Assembly (NCBI GenBank): GCA_036516895.1
Contig: DATDZD010000002.1
Location: forward strand, 13,769-77,768
Length of the DNA: 64,000 bases
Direction: 5' to 3'
Source of the DNA: Minisyncoccota bacterium
GTDB lineage: Bacteria > Patescibacteriota > Minisyncoccia > Phycocordibacterales > PALSA-1337
Below are positions 11,512 through 21,609 of the stretch, piece by piece. The stretch's first letter is position 1; each line of letters begins with the position of its first letter. Made by a program: the position numbers and the translations under genes. The notes below the pieces were generated by a model. That model saw only the letters and a list, made by a program, of their open reading frames with translations. It did not search any database and had not been told where the DNA came from.

Positions 11512-12252
11512 TCAAAAAACCATCCTAGAAATTACCGCTACCACAGCTGTCTCTGCTCGCAATATTTGTGGTCCGAGAGAATATATAGGTACATTATTTT
11601 TCTTAAAGAGTTCTAGTTCTTGTTCTGTCCATCCCCCTTCTGGTCCTATATACGCTCCGATAATATTATTGACTACCCCACTATCTGACAAATTTTCCTT
11701 GGGCTCATTGTCTATACACACATCTTTTTCAGAAAATCTTGGGGCTTTGGGGTCCCAAGCAATTGATTTTACATTAGAATAATTTGATATGGCTTTTTTC
11801 AAATCCATCATTTCGTGAAGCTCAGGCAAAATTCCCCTTCCAGATTGCTCTGACGCTTCAATAATGATTTTTTGTAGACGATTTTTATTAAGACCCTTCT
11901 TTTCACTTCTATCAGAAATGATAGGAACAATATGCAATACTCCTAGTTCTGTAGCTTTTTCTACCACCCAGTCAAAATTGCTTTTCTTTAGAATTGAGGA
12001 AAAAAGGTAGGTTTCACGGCTTGTCTTTACATTATTTTCAATCTTTTCTATTATCTTCAGATAGACAATATCCTTCTCATACTTATCCACAGTAGCTATA
12101 AAATCAAACCCTGAATTATCAAAAATGACCACCTTATCCCCAATACTAAAGTGTAGAACATTCCTCATTTGATTGAAAAGCATGGGAGAGGAAATCATTA
12201 TATTCTTATTGTTATTTATAGGTATATCGTTATAAAATCTATGTAATTTCAT
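11512..12252 (-). CDS. rsmE: 16S rRNA m3U1498 methyltransferase
   Basis: EKATELGV, EASEQSGR, IGPEGGW, SLGPQILRAETA. Confidence 0.94.
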   Translation of the reverse strand: MKLHRFYNDIPINNNKNIMISSPMLFNQMRNVLHFSIGDKVVIFDNSGFDFIATVDKYEKDIVYLKIIEKIENNVKTSRETYLFSSILKKSNFDWVVEKATELGVLHIVPIISDRSEKKGLNKNRLQKIIIEASEQSGRGILPELHEMMDLKKAISNYSNVKSIAWDPKAPRFSEKDVCIDNEPKENLSDSGVVNNIIGAYIGPEGGWTEQELELFKKNNVPIYSLGPQILRAETAVVAVISRMVF

Positions 12253-12308
12253 ATATTTAGCATATACTACATTTGCCAAATGTAAAAGATTGTGTATTAT
12301 TTATAGAG

Positions 12309-12414
12309 TTATACACAGGTTTATCCACCGAGTTATAAACAGGTTACACACAGTTTATCCACTTATCCACATAAAGTTATCCACTTTTTGCAATATTATC
12401 CACAGTTATCCACA
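12309..12414 (+). promoter_or_regulatory. Dense cluster of ~9 co-oriented DnaA boxes
   Basis: TTATACACA, TTATCCACC, TTATAAACA, TTACACACA, TTATCCACT, TTATCCACA, TTATCCACT, TTATCCACA, TTATCCACA. Confidence 0.85.
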
Positions 12415-12443
12415 GTTTTAATTAAAATTAAACCAAAAATACC

Positions 12444-13016
12444 ATGCTTATCCCCACAGTTATAGAGAAAACCAATTTTGGAGAACGCGCTTATGACATA
12501 TACTCACGACTTCTAAAAGAGAATGTGATATTTCTTGGAGGACCAATAGATGACCATATAGCTAATATTATCATCGCTCAACTTCTTTTTCTCCAATATG
12601 AAGACCCAAAGAAAGATATAAACCTTTATATAAACTCCCCTGGCGGTTCTGTCACTGCAACCCTTGCCATTGTAGACACGATGAACCATGTAAAAAATAA
12701 TGTCTCCACTACATGCGTGGGTATTGCGGCATCAGGAGCGGCACTTGTTCTTTCTGCTGGAACAAAAGGCAAACGTTTTGCTCTTCCAAATTCCGAAGTT
12801 ATGATTCATCAACCATTGGGAGGAGTGGAGGGACAAGCGTCAGATATAGAAATAAGCGCGAAACATATATTAAGAATAAGAGAGAATTTAAATAAAATAC
12901 TAGCCAAAAATACAGGGCAATCGCTTTCAAAGATAGAAAAAGATGTAGACCGTGACTTCTTTATGGATGCTGAAGAAGCGAAAAAATACGGATTGATTGA
13001 CAAGGTTGTGGCATAG
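12444..13016 (+). CDS. clpP: ATP-dependent Clp protease proteolytic subunit
   Basis: [33 protein letters not shown]. Confidence 0.97.
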   Translation: MLIPTVIEKTNFGERAYDIYSRLLKENVIFLGGPIDDHIANIIIAQLLFLQYEDPKKDINLYINSPGGSVTATLAIVDTMNHVKNNVSTTCVGIAASGAALVLSAGTKGKRFALPNSEVMIHQPLGGVEGQASDIEISAKHILRIRENLNKILAKNTGQSLSKIEKDVDRDFFMDAEEAKKYGLIDKVVA

Positions 13017-13182
13017 TTATACGATAGATATATTACTGGAATAATTTACTGTAATTTCGCTTTTTCGAAAACGTCTTAATGAATCATATTCTTATATCCA
13101 AATGAACATCTCACTTCAGTCAACTATACCGTATAAAGATACATTATTTTTGTAATCAAGAAAGGCGAATTTATATTCGCAT

Positions 13183-14712
13183 ATGTCATTAAAATTAGTA
13201 GCATTGCTTCTAGGGCTAGCCGGAACGGCAGGGCTTGGAATAGGATATTATCTTCGTCTCATAATCTCTTTAGGAAAAAAGGGTTCAATGGAGCTTGAAA
13301 TAAAAGAGATGATACTCACAGCAAGGGAAGAAACAAAGAAAATAATCACAGAGGCCGAATCAAAAGCAAATAAAATCTTGGAGGAAGCGCGTCAGGATAT
13401 AAAAGAGAAAGAGGAAAAAATACAACAATCCGAAACACGCCTTATTAAAAAAGAGGACATCCTTGACAATCGTCAAACAGACATTGACAAAGAGATTGAG
13501 CTTATAAAGACACGCGTAGCAGAAATAAAAACCATACGCGAAAAAACAGATAAAATACAAATAGAAAAAATAGAGACTCTGCAAAAAGTCGCCAATATGA
13601 GTATGGATGAAGCCAAAGACGAACTCATAAAAACTGTAGAAAAAAATGCAGAAAAAGACATCTTGACCAGGATTGCCAAATTAGAACAATCTGGTGAAGA
13701 AATTCTTGAAAACAAAGCCAAAGATATTTTGGCTATGTCCATTCAACGCCTTTCAAATTCAGTGGCGTCAGATATTATGTCCACTTCCATCACTATTCCA
13801 AATGATGAAATAAAAGGCAAAATCATAGGAAAAGAAGGCAGAAACATCAAAGCATTTGAAAGAATGACTGGGGTGGAAGTAATTGTAGACGATACCCCCG
13901 GAAATATTACAATATCATCATTTGACCCTATCAGACGCCATATAGCTAAAACAGCATTAGAAGAACTCATAAAAGACGGTCGTATTCAACCAGCAAAAAT
14001 AGAAAAGATGGTTCAAGAAGCCCAAGAAAGTATAAATAAAACAATAAAAGAAAAAGGTGAGCAAGCCGCTTATGAATGTGGCGTTATTGGCCTCGACCCT
14101 CGTATTTTGCTTATACTAGGACGGCTTCATTTTCGTACTAGTTATGGACAAAATGTTCTTCAGCATTCAATAGAGATGTCTCATATTGCTGGCATGATAG
14201 CCGAAGAGATAGGAGCCAATACAGCTGTAGCGAAAACCGGCGCTCTTCTCCATGATATTGGTAAAGCCCTTGACCATGAAGTAGTTGGGACTCATGTAGA
14301 AATAGGACGGAGGATATTACAGAAATTTGGAGCAAGTGAGGATATAGTAAAAGCAATGCAAGCGCATCATGAAGAATATCCTTATGAAACTGTTGAATCA
14401 CGCATAGTTCAATCTGCTGATGCTATTTCAGGAGCTAGACCAGGAGCTAGACGAGACAGTATAGAGAACTATTTAAGACGCTTGGGAGACCTTGAAGCGA
14501 TTGCAAATGGTTTTGAGGGTGTGGAAAAATCTTATGCCCTCCAAGCAGGACGAGAAATACGCATTTTTGTAACTCCAGAAGCTATTACCGACCTAGAAGC
14601 CAAAAATCTAGCTAGAGATATAGCCATAAAAATAGAAAAAGACCTAAAATATCCTGGCGAAATAAAAGTTACTGTTATACGAGAGACAAGGGCTATTGAA
14701 TTTGCCAGGTAA
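13183..14712 (+). CDS. rny: Ribonuclease Y
   Basis: N-terminal TM, coiled coil, KH (KGKIIGKEGRNI), HD (LLHDIGKA). Confidence 0.96.
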   Translation: MSLKLVALLLGLAGTAGLGIGYYLRLIISLGKKGSMELEIKEMILTAREETKKIITEAESKANKILEEARQDIKEKEEKIQQSETRLIKKEDILDNRQTDIDKEIELIKTRVAEIKTIREKTDKIQIEKIETLQKVANMSMDEAKDELIKTVEKNAEKDILTRIAKLEQSGEEILENKAKDILAMSIQRLSNSVASDIMSTSITIPNDEIKGKIIGKEGRNIKAFERMTGVEVIVDDTPGNITISSFDPIRRHIAKTALEELIKDGRIQPAKIEKMVQEAQESINKTIKEKGEQAAYECGVIGLDPRILLILGRLHFRTSYGQNVLQHSIEMSHIAGMIAEEIGANTAVAKTGALLHDIGKALDHEVVGTHVEIGRRILQKFGASEDIVKAMQAHHEEYPYETVESRIVQSADAISGARPGARRDSIENYLRRLGDLEAIANGFEGVEKSYALQAGREIRIFVTPEAITDLEAKNLARDIAIKIEKDLKYPGEIKVTVIRETRAIEFAR

Positions 14713-14725
14713 ACTATAATCATGT

Positions 14726-14826
14726 CTAGGTAAAATGGCTCGCCTGCTTGCGGTCGGAAGCACTTATTTTTGTCTCGCAAGCTCGAAAAAATAAGTCTTC
14801 CTCTCCGCAGCTCGCACGATTTTACT
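14726..14826 (+). repeat. Intergenic hairpin repeat (MITE/REP-like), copy 1
   Basis: CTAGGTAAAAT...GATTTTACT ends with nested inverted repeats; homologous to copies at 23561, 26792 and 43507. Confidence 0.85.
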
Positions 14827-14960
14827 GGAAACTAAATATCTTGCATTATTTTGACTTATATGTTCCTATTTTTACCCCATTGCGTATAAAATGGCTTGTT
14901 ATATAATGATGTGGAGGTTATATACTGTTTCAGTTGATATTATTAATAATAACAATAAAT

Positions 14961-15233
14961 ATGAATAAAGTAGGAATTATAGACGCAGTCCACACAATAT
15001 TGGGTGGAACAAAGGTTCAAGCAGAGCAAGCTGTAGACACAATGTTAAATTCAATCATTGATTCTCTCAAAAGAGGAGAGGAGGTTTCTATAGCTGGACT
15101 TGGTATTTTCTCTGTAAAACAGAGAGCGGCGCGAGATGCTAGAAATCCTCGCACGGGAGAAGCTATAAAGGTAGCAGCTATGAAAGTGCCGAAGTTCCGA
15201 GCAGCAAAAGCTCTGAAGGATGCAGTAAAATAG
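14961..15233 (+). CDS. hup: Histone-like DNA-binding protein HU
   Basis: GLGIFSVKQRAARDARNPRTGE, VPKFRAAKALKDAV. Confidence 0.95.
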   Translation: MNKVGIIDAVHTILGGTKVQAEQAVDTMLNSIIDSLKRGEEVSIAGLGIFSVKQRAARDARNPRTGEAIKVAAMKVPKFRAAKALKDAVK

Positions 15234-15316
15234 GGTCAAAAGTCAAAAATAAGGAGAATCAAATAGAAAATAAAAATCTTCAAGAAAATAATTCGCTCAA
15301 AAGAATTTTTATTAAC

Positions 15317-15351
15317 AAAAAACCACCATAGTTGAAAAACTGGTGGTTTTT
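15317..15351. terminator. Bidirectional intrinsic terminator
   Basis: AAAACCACCA...TGGTGGTTTT between convergent hup and SDR genes. Confidence 0.75.
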
Positions 15352-15405
15352 GCTTTAAGCAATGTATAATTATTAATACTGATTACTGAGATTAAAGAAT
15401 TGATA

Positions 15406-16086
15406 CTACCATGGGAACTTCTCTCTTTTGTACCAAAACTGTCCTGTCTCTATATTTTTATCTATTGCTGTATCAAAAATATATTTGGCTGATTCATCTG
15501 TGGTCATATCCCCTTTCCAAGCTCCCATATCTGTCTTAACTCTTCCTGGATGTATTGAAGAAACAGTGATTTTGTTTTTTAATCTGAAAGCTAGATATGT
15601 TGTGAACATGTTTAATGCGCATTTAGATATTTTATATGCTGGGTAATCTGCATGGTGGACTTTTTCAAGAGAGCCAGCCGATGAAGAAATGTTTACAATA
15701 TGCCCCCCATTATTTATTAAAGGCAATATTCTTTCAGTAAAATCAATTGGACCTATTAGATTGACTTCCAAAGTTTTCCTAAGCTTATCAATAACTACTG
15801 TATTTTCTCCTTCGTCAAAAAGTGCACCGGCATTATTTATATGAATATCAATCTTTTTGCTATTATCATTACTATCCATAGATAGAAGTTTTTCTATACC
15901 TGAAGCACACTCTTTTATACTTTTCGGTTCAAGTAAATCTAGCTTAAAAAGCTTTAAATTATCACGACCAAAATCAACATCTCCCGTAATAGAAGTACCT
16001 ATAACAAAATACCCTTCATTTATAAACTTATGAGCAAGTGCTTTTCCTATTCCTCTACTTATTCCTGTTATACATACTATTTTCAT
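15406..16086 (-). CDS. Short-chain dehydrogenase/reductase
   Basis: TGISRGIG, INNAG, YKISK (YxxxK). Confidence 0.92.
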   Translation of the reverse strand: MKIVCITGISRGIGKALAHKFINEGYFVIGTSITGDVDFGRDNLKLFKLDLLEPKSIKECASGIEKLLSMDSNDNSKKIDIHINNAGALFDEGENTVVIDKLRKTLEVNLIGPIDFTERILPLINNGGHIVNISSSAGSLEKVHHADYPAYKISKCALNMFTTYLAFRLKNKITVSSIHPGRVKTDMGAWKGDMTTDESAKYIFDTAIDKNIETGQFWYKREKFPW

Positions 16087-16087
16087 T

Positions 16088-16161
16088 TGGTGCGGGATGG
16101 GAGAGTCGAACTCCCCACCACAGTTTGGAAAACTGTTATTTTACCGATAAACTAATCCCGC
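16088..16161 (-). tRNA. tRNA-Gly(TCC)
   Basis: Cloverleaf GCGGGAT...TTCCAA...GTTCGACT...CCA on the reverse strand. Confidence 0.95.
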
Positions 16162-16270
16162 TTTCGTTTATTCATACTTTATAATTATTTACTTTTCCTT
16201 AATTCACCCATGAACAAAACTTATACTACCAGAAATATTTTTTTTTACTACTTCCCCACTTTCATGTCCT

Positions 16271-16702
16271 TTACATATTCCCAGTATGCTCATTCTCAAC
16301 AATCTTTTTTATCTCATCAACTTCTTCTTTCATCTCTTTTACTGTCTCACTCAACTCTTCTATTTGTCTTTCTTCTACTCCAACTTCTTTCTCTGTTCTT
16401 TCAGTTGCTTTTTTTTGATGTTTCAATCCAGATATAAGAATAGTGTCTCCAATAAAATAAGAGACGAACAGCCCTGTAGCCAAAAGGATGGCGGTAACGA
16501 TTAACATATTAATTGGTTCATAAAAGATGAAACCGAGAATACCGCCTTTTGCTTGTAAAATATCTGCTGTATGCCACACTCCTCTCCAAAATAATACAAT
16601 AGCTATACCACCAATGATTGTGTATATAATAGGATAATGGCTCAAATGACCTCGTACTTTATCTTCAAATTTATCAAAAAAGATTATGATTGATTTCCAC
16701 AT
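16271..16702 (-). CDS. Two-TM membrane protein with C-terminal coiled coil
   Basis: IVLFWRGVWHTAD motif and two hydrophobic helices. Confidence 0.75.
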   Translation of the reverse strand: MWKSIIIFFDKFEDKVRGHLSHYPIIYTIIGGIAIVLFWRGVWHTADILQAKGGILGFIFYEPINMLIVTAILLATGLFVSYFIGDTILISGLKHQKKATERTEKEVGVEERQIEELSETVKEMKEEVDEIKKIVENEHTGNM

Positions 16703-16759
16703 GTAAGTATTTAAATACCATCATAACATTATTTAATTCATAATACTGTAATCTATATA

Positions 16760-16835
16760 TGGTCGGAGCGCCGGGATTCGAACCCGGAGTCGCCTGTTCC
16801 CAAAACAGGAATGTTAACCGTTACACCACGCTCCG
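16760..16835 (-). tRNA. tRNA-Pro(TGG)
   Basis: CGGAGCG...CCTGT TTTGGGA ACAGG...GGTTCGAATCC...CCA. Confidence 0.95.
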
Positions 16836-17009
16836 ATGATTTTCTTTAACTTTCTTTCTTTAACTTTTTTAACTTTTTATTACTAAGAACTTTCACATAC
16901 TAGCACAATAACCAATAAAACTCCATATTTTTAGCTCTGATTTGATAAAAACCTTATGTAAATATGAATTTATATAATATCTGCAAAATAATGTTTGTTG
17001 TGATGAGAT

Positions 17010-17396
17010 TTATAGAATAACATTTTCCATAAAAGTAACCTTTGCTCTTCTCGTTTTTTGGTCCATACGAACAACAATGACATGGAATTGAAATTCGGTA
17101 TCCAGCTTATACTTTCTCTCGAGCAAATAAGTCTGAACAGCTCTTTTAAGGCGTTTGCATTTAAGTTCATGGACATTTTCTTCTGGTCTATATTCATCTT
17201 TTGACCTATTATTTGTCTTTTTTACTATTATGCTTTTGACCTCAATGAAGTGGATTATGCCATCTTTTGCAACGATAATATCAATTTCACCCCACTTTTT
17301 GCTATAGTTTCTCTCAATAATAAGAAAATTATGCTTCTTTAGCCACTTACAAGCAATTTCCTCACCAATATCTCCTATAAGACGGTTATAAGCCAT
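17010..17396 (-). CDS. yraN: YraN family (UPF0102) endonuclease-like protein
   Basis: [16 protein letters not shown]...GEIDII, FIEVK. Confidence 0.9.
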   Translation of the reverse strand: MAYNRLIGDIGEEIACKWLKKHNFLIIERNYSKKWGEIDIIVAKDGIIHFIEVKSIIVKKTNNRSKDEYRPEENVHELKCKRLKRAVQTYLLERKYKLDTEFQFHVIVVRMDQKTRRAKVTFMENVIL

Positions 17397-17408
17397 ATTA
17401 TTTGTCCT

Positions 17409-17458
17409 TTATACACATTGTCCACAGACTTATCCACAGTTATACACATCCATACACA
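17409..17458 (+). promoter_or_regulatory. Cluster of 4-5 tandem DnaA boxes
   Basis: TTATACACA, TTGTCCACA, TTATCCACA, TTATACACA, CCATACACA. Confidence 0.75.
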
Positions 17459-17490
17459 GTATGACCCCCAATAATCTACAACTTTCCTAA

Positions 17491-17564
17491 TGGTGCGGGC
17501 ACCGGGAATCGAACCCGAATCTCGTCCTTGGCAAGGACGTGTTCTACCACTAAACCATGCCCGC
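17491..17564 (-). tRNA. tRNA-Gly(GCC)
   Basis: GCGGGCA...CGTCC TTGCCAA GGACG...GTTCGATT...CCA. Confidence 0.95.
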
Positions 17565-17748
17565 ATTTTGTTATTTTTACATATTATATTATGCAAGTGT
17601 AAATCACTTTCAATTCAGTATAAGATAATTCGTCTTTTTTTACCAGATTTTTTGCTATATAATACCACTTTCCTACCCCCCCCCACCAATACTTTTATCC
17701 CATTTATTTCTCTCTATTCTCTCCACTTTATGGGGTACAGATCACTTG

Positions 17749-17821
17749 TGCGCTCGGAGGGACTCGAACCCCCAACCCCCTGGTCCGAAGCCAGGTGCTC
17801 TATCCATTGAGCCACGAGCGC
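17749..17821 (-). tRNA. tRNA-Arg(TCG)
   Basis: GCGCTCG...CCTGG CTTCGGA CCAGG...GTTCGAGT; CCA not encoded. Confidence 0.93.
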
Positions 17822-17883
17822 GTATTATTGACTATATATAGTTTTATTACTCTCAATCACTCTAAACTTATGAACACCTTACA

Positions 17884-18576
17884 TCAACTATAATACCTCA
17901 TCAAGAGCTTTTGCCAAGCAATCACCTTTCTTAAAACCTCAACCTTTATAACCAAAATTTCCAAAGAACCCTTGTATTCCCTATCTCTTTCATTATTTCT
18001 AGACCTAATATACACAGTTTTTTGAAATAAATCATGAGGAATTCCGACTATTCTAGACCAAATTTCTTCACAATTTCGGTCTTTGTGAGATATATCCAGA
18101 AAAACCCTATATTTAGCCATTTTACAAGATAAATTGAGATATTTTTCCATCCAGACAAGAATTATCTTGATTATATTAACATCGGCACTTGTAAACTGAA
18201 AAGCACTACCTTGCTTTAGACCATGGGACAAATAAAGTCCCATTCCCAACATAAAAAATGAATCTCTTTGCAATTTTGGGAAATCTTTCTCAATATTCTC
18301 ATACATTATCTTTTCTTTGAAAATCTTTTTTGTTCGTATTGATATGGAAGCGTTGAGTCTTCCCTTTTCCATTTTAGCTTTTAGATTTTTTTGTAAAGCA
18401 ATTTTTTCAATTTCAGTTAGTCGTACATTTTTTACCCAATTTGAAACAGATGTTTTTGATATATTTAGCTTACTAGCGATATCATTGTATGAATAACCCA
18501 ACCTTCTCAATTCAATAGCTTTTTTGGCTATTTGTACAGTATCTCTCATGGTATATAGTATTATACCACTATTCAT
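17884..18576 (-). CDS. HTH plus degenerate LAGLIDADG-like domain protein
   Basis: N-terminal HTH (LRRLGYSYNDIASKLNISKTSVSNW); C-terminal LGMGLYLSHG..FTSAD resembles the LYWGEG..F.NSD pattern. Confidence 0.6.
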   Translation of the reverse strand: MNSGIILYTMRDTVQIAKKAIELRRLGYSYNDIASKLNISKTSVSNWVKNVRLTEIEKIALQKNLKAKMEKGRLNASISIRTKKIFKEKIMYENIEKDFPKLQRDSFFMLGMGLYLSHGLKQGSAFQFTSADVNIIKIILVWMEKYLNLSCKMAKYRVFLDISHKDRNCEEIWSRIVGIPHDLFQKTVYIRSRNNERDREYKGSLEILVIKVEVLRKVIAWQKLLMRYYS

Positions 18577-18646
18577 AACTATGCAAAATATAGTCTAAAT
18601 GTTAGAATTGCTATGGTCGTAATACCGATTTAATTTTAATCCAAAA

Positions 18647-20137
18647 ATGATAGAAACCGCAAAAAACTTCATTATTCCTACCGAAATCACATCAATCATT
18701 TACACTCTAGAAAAGAGTGGCTATGAAGCATACCTTATTGGGGGATGTGTGCGGGACCTTCTGCTTGGCAGGGTTCCAAAGGATTGGGATATTACTACAA
18801 ATGCCATTCCAGAAAAAATCATTCCCCTTTTTCAAAAGACTTTTTATGAAAACACTTTTGGAACTGTGGCAATAGTAAATGAATCCGCTATAGACAACAC
18901 ATTAAGGATTGTGGAAGTTACTCCATATCGTCTTGAAAGTGTTTATAGTGACTTCAGACACCCCAATGAAGTCAAGTTCAGTACCAAACTCGAAGATGAC
19001 CTGAAGCGTCGTGATTTCACTATTAACGCCATTGCAATGAGTTTATCCAAAGGCGCAATAAAAGACATAGTTGATCTTTATGGTGGTATAAAGGACATAA
19101 AGGACAGGAATATAGGGACTGTTGGTAATCCTATAGACCGTTTCAATGAAGATGCATTGCGTATGATAAGAGCTGTAAGATTAGCTACTGAACTAGGTTT
19201 CACGATTAACATAGATACAAAAATGGCTATACAGAGCCATAGAAAACTTTTAAACAAAATATCAATTGAGAGAATAAGAGAAGAATTGATAAAGATTATC
19301 ATGTCAAAAGAGCCGAAAAAAGGGCTAGAACTTTTGGAAGAAACGAGACTTTTACAAATAATCGTACCGGAATTACCAAAAGCAAAAGGAATAGAGCAAA
19401 ATCAAGCTCATGCTTATGATGTTTGGGAACATCTATTGAGAACACTTCAACACTCTGCCGACAAAGAATGGCCAGTAGAGATTCGTTTATCTGCTCTATT
19501 CCATGATATTTCAAAGCCAGAAACCCGTCGCTTTTCACGTGAAACTAACCAATATACTTTCTATGGACATGAAGTCGTTGGTTCACATGTAACAAGAACC
19601 ATACTAGAGAGACTCAAATTTCCAAGTAAGACCATAGAAAAAGTAACAAAATTAGTGCGTTGGCATATGTTTTTCTCTGATACAGAAACAATTACACTTT
19701 CAGCAGTAAGAAGAATGGTGAGTAATGTTGGTGTAGATAATATATGGGACCTTATGAACATACGTATTTGTGACCGTATAGGAACAGGTAGACCAAAAGC
19801 AAATCCTTATAGATTACGCAAATACAAAGCCATGATAGAAGAAGCCCTAAGAGACCCTGTGTCTGTATCAATGCTAAAAACTGACGGAAAACATCTTATG
19901 GAGGTTACACATGAAACTCCTGGACCCAAGATAGGATTTATACTACATGCTTTGTTGGAGGAAGTATTAGACAACCCAAATCTTAATACTTCTGAATATT
20001 TAGACAAAAAAGCTATGGAATTAGCCAAATTACCAATAAAAGAACTTGAAACTCTTGGAAAAATAGCAAAAGAAAAAAAAGAAGAAAAGGATATAGAAAA
20101 TATAAGTGAAATAAGAAAAAAGTACCATGTTTCATAA
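18647..20137 (+). CDS. cca: CCA-adding tRNA nucleotidyltransferase with HD domain
   Basis: GGCVRDLLLG..PKDWDITT, RRDFTINA, EDALRMIRAVR, LFHDISKP. Confidence 0.92.
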   Translation: MIETAKNFIIPTEITSIIYTLEKSGYEAYLIGGCVRDLLLGRVPKDWDITTNAIPEKIIPLFQKTFYENTFGTVAIVNESAIDNTLRIVEVTPYRLESVYSDFRHPNEVKFSTKLEDDLKRRDFTINAIAMSLSKGAIKDIVDLYGGIKDIKDRNIGTVGNPIDRFNEDALRMIRAVRLATELGFTINIDTKMAIQSHRKLLNKISIERIREELIKIIMSKEPKKGLELLEETRLLQIIVPELPKAKGIEQNQAHAYDVWEHLLRTLQHSADKEWPVEIRLSALFHDISKPETRRFSRETNQYTFYGHEVVGSHVTRTILERLKFPSKTIEKVTKLVRWHMFFSDTETITLSAVRRMVSNVGVDNIWDLMNIRICDRIGTGRPKANPYRLRKYKAMIEEALRDPVSVSMLKTDGKHLMEVTHETPGPKIGFILHALLEEVLDNPNLNTSEYLDKKAMELAKLPIKELETLGKIAKEKKEEKDIENISEIRKKYHVS

Positions 20138-20157
20138 GAAACCGTTTCACATGAAAT
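19531..20157. promoter_or_regulatory. Cluster of five parS-like palindromes
   Basis: CTTTTCACGTGAAACT (19531), TGGTTCACATGTAACA (19579), GGTTACACATGAAACT (19903), TGTTTCATAAGAAACC (20128), CGTTTCACATGAAATC (20142) versus consensus TGTTTCACGTGAAACA. Confidence 0.7.
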
Positions 20158-20663
20158 CACTATAAATCAGTATCTATCTTAAAAAATTGATGGAATAAAC
20201 TAGAACATAGATTTTTGTATATTTTACACAGTATTAGTAAACAAATAAACCGCGTAATTAACGCGGGCATCAGAGGTTACATGATTGATTCCTGCGTATT
20301 TACGCGGTTCTTGTGAAATCATTAAATAGATCTAGAAGGATCATAGAAAAACTGACCTCGGGGTCAACTAAGGGAACAAGCGTATTATCTTGCTAAAAAG
20401 TTAAAAATTTCCCAGAGGGGAATTAATGATTTATGTTTGAGAAGAAATACGCTATAGACCAAAGCTGACAAAGGGTTGTTTTTTCTTTTATGATTTCAAA
20501 AAGCCTACTACCATTGATGACGAAGAACTATGTGTATATCTTTTCTCGGTCGGATATACAATCTGAAGATATTTTATCATTAATAAAAGACATGTAAAGG
20601 ACAGATAATAAAAAATCTGTGGATAACTCTTAGAACAGTTTGATTTTATTTTAAAGATGTCCT

Positions 20664-21467
20664 TTATAAAGAACACTTGAGTATAATTTCAATAGGACAA
20701 TGGTCTGAACCGAAAACATTATCTAAAATCTTGGTGCTACTTACATACTTCAATAGTGGAGAAGTGACAAAGAAATAATCAATTCTCCAACCAACATTTC
20801 TCTCTCTTGAGAAAGTTTTCATATCCCAATAAGTATATTTGTCCTTAAGATTTGGATATAAATGACGAAATACATCAATATAACCATTATTCAAAACTTG
20901 ATCAATCCACGCTCTTTCTATAGGCAAAAATCCTGTATTATCTTTATTTTCTTTTGGTCTAGCTAGGTCTATTTCGTTATGAGCAGTATTTGTATCTCCA
21001 CAAAATATTATTTCGTAGCCATTTCTCTTGTGTCTATTTATATATTTTAAAAATTCATCATAAAAATTTAACTTATATTCGAGTCGTTCTGGACACCCAC
21101 CACCATTTGGGAAATAGGTATTTATGATTAAGATTTTATTTGAACCAGAGAGCAAAGAACCCTTTTTGAAGAATAGACCTAGAAATCGTCCTTCTTGGTC
21201 ATATTCTTCAATTCCAAAACCATATTCAACTCTTTCCGGCTTAACTTTTGTATATACAGCTACTCCACTATATCCTTTTCTACCCTTTGAATGGTCAAAA
21301 TATCCATAATATCCGTAGGGATTACATATGCCTTCTTCTAACTGTTCTGGGTGAGCTTTTGTTTCTTGAATACAATAAACATCTGGTGACTCTTGTAAAA
21401 ACCAATCAAATCCGCCCTTTTTAACATTTGCTCGCAAACCATTTACATTCCAAGAGATAATTTTCAT
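20664..21467 (-). CDS. xth: Exodeoxyribonuclease III / AP endonuclease
   Basis: ISWNVNGLRA, IQETK, GYSGVA, GWRIDYF, SDHCPI. Confidence 0.96.
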   Translation of the reverse strand: MKIISWNVNGLRANVKKGGFDWFLQESPDVYCIQETKAHPEQLEEGICNPYGYYGYFDHSKGRKGYSGVAVYTKVKPERVEYGFGIEEYDQEGRFLGLFFKKGSLLSGSNKILIINTYFPNGGGCPERLEYKLNFYDEFLKYINRHKRNGYEIIFCGDTNTAHNEIDLARPKENKDNTGFLPIERAWIDQVLNNGYIDVFRHLYPNLKDKYTYWDMKTFSRERNVGWRIDYFFVTSPLLKYVSSTKILDNVFGSDHCPIEIILKCSL

Positions 21468-21609
21468 GAAATCATTGTAACAAATCTAGAGATATTAAGG
21501 TAATTCAGAAACACCGAGTTCAACAATCAATCGCAACACTTGTAGTAGAATCCAAGTATCATGCAAAAAATCAAATATAGAAGATTGGTAGCGACGAGAT
21601 TGTCTTGAC

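Noticed and set aside
12309-12414. Possible CRISPR or tandem repeat array
   Set aside because: Units are 9-mers matching DnaA boxes, with no 30-40 nt spacers and no cas genes
17490-17810. 106-aa ORF
   Set aside because: Antisense reading of tRNA-Gly and tRNA-Arg
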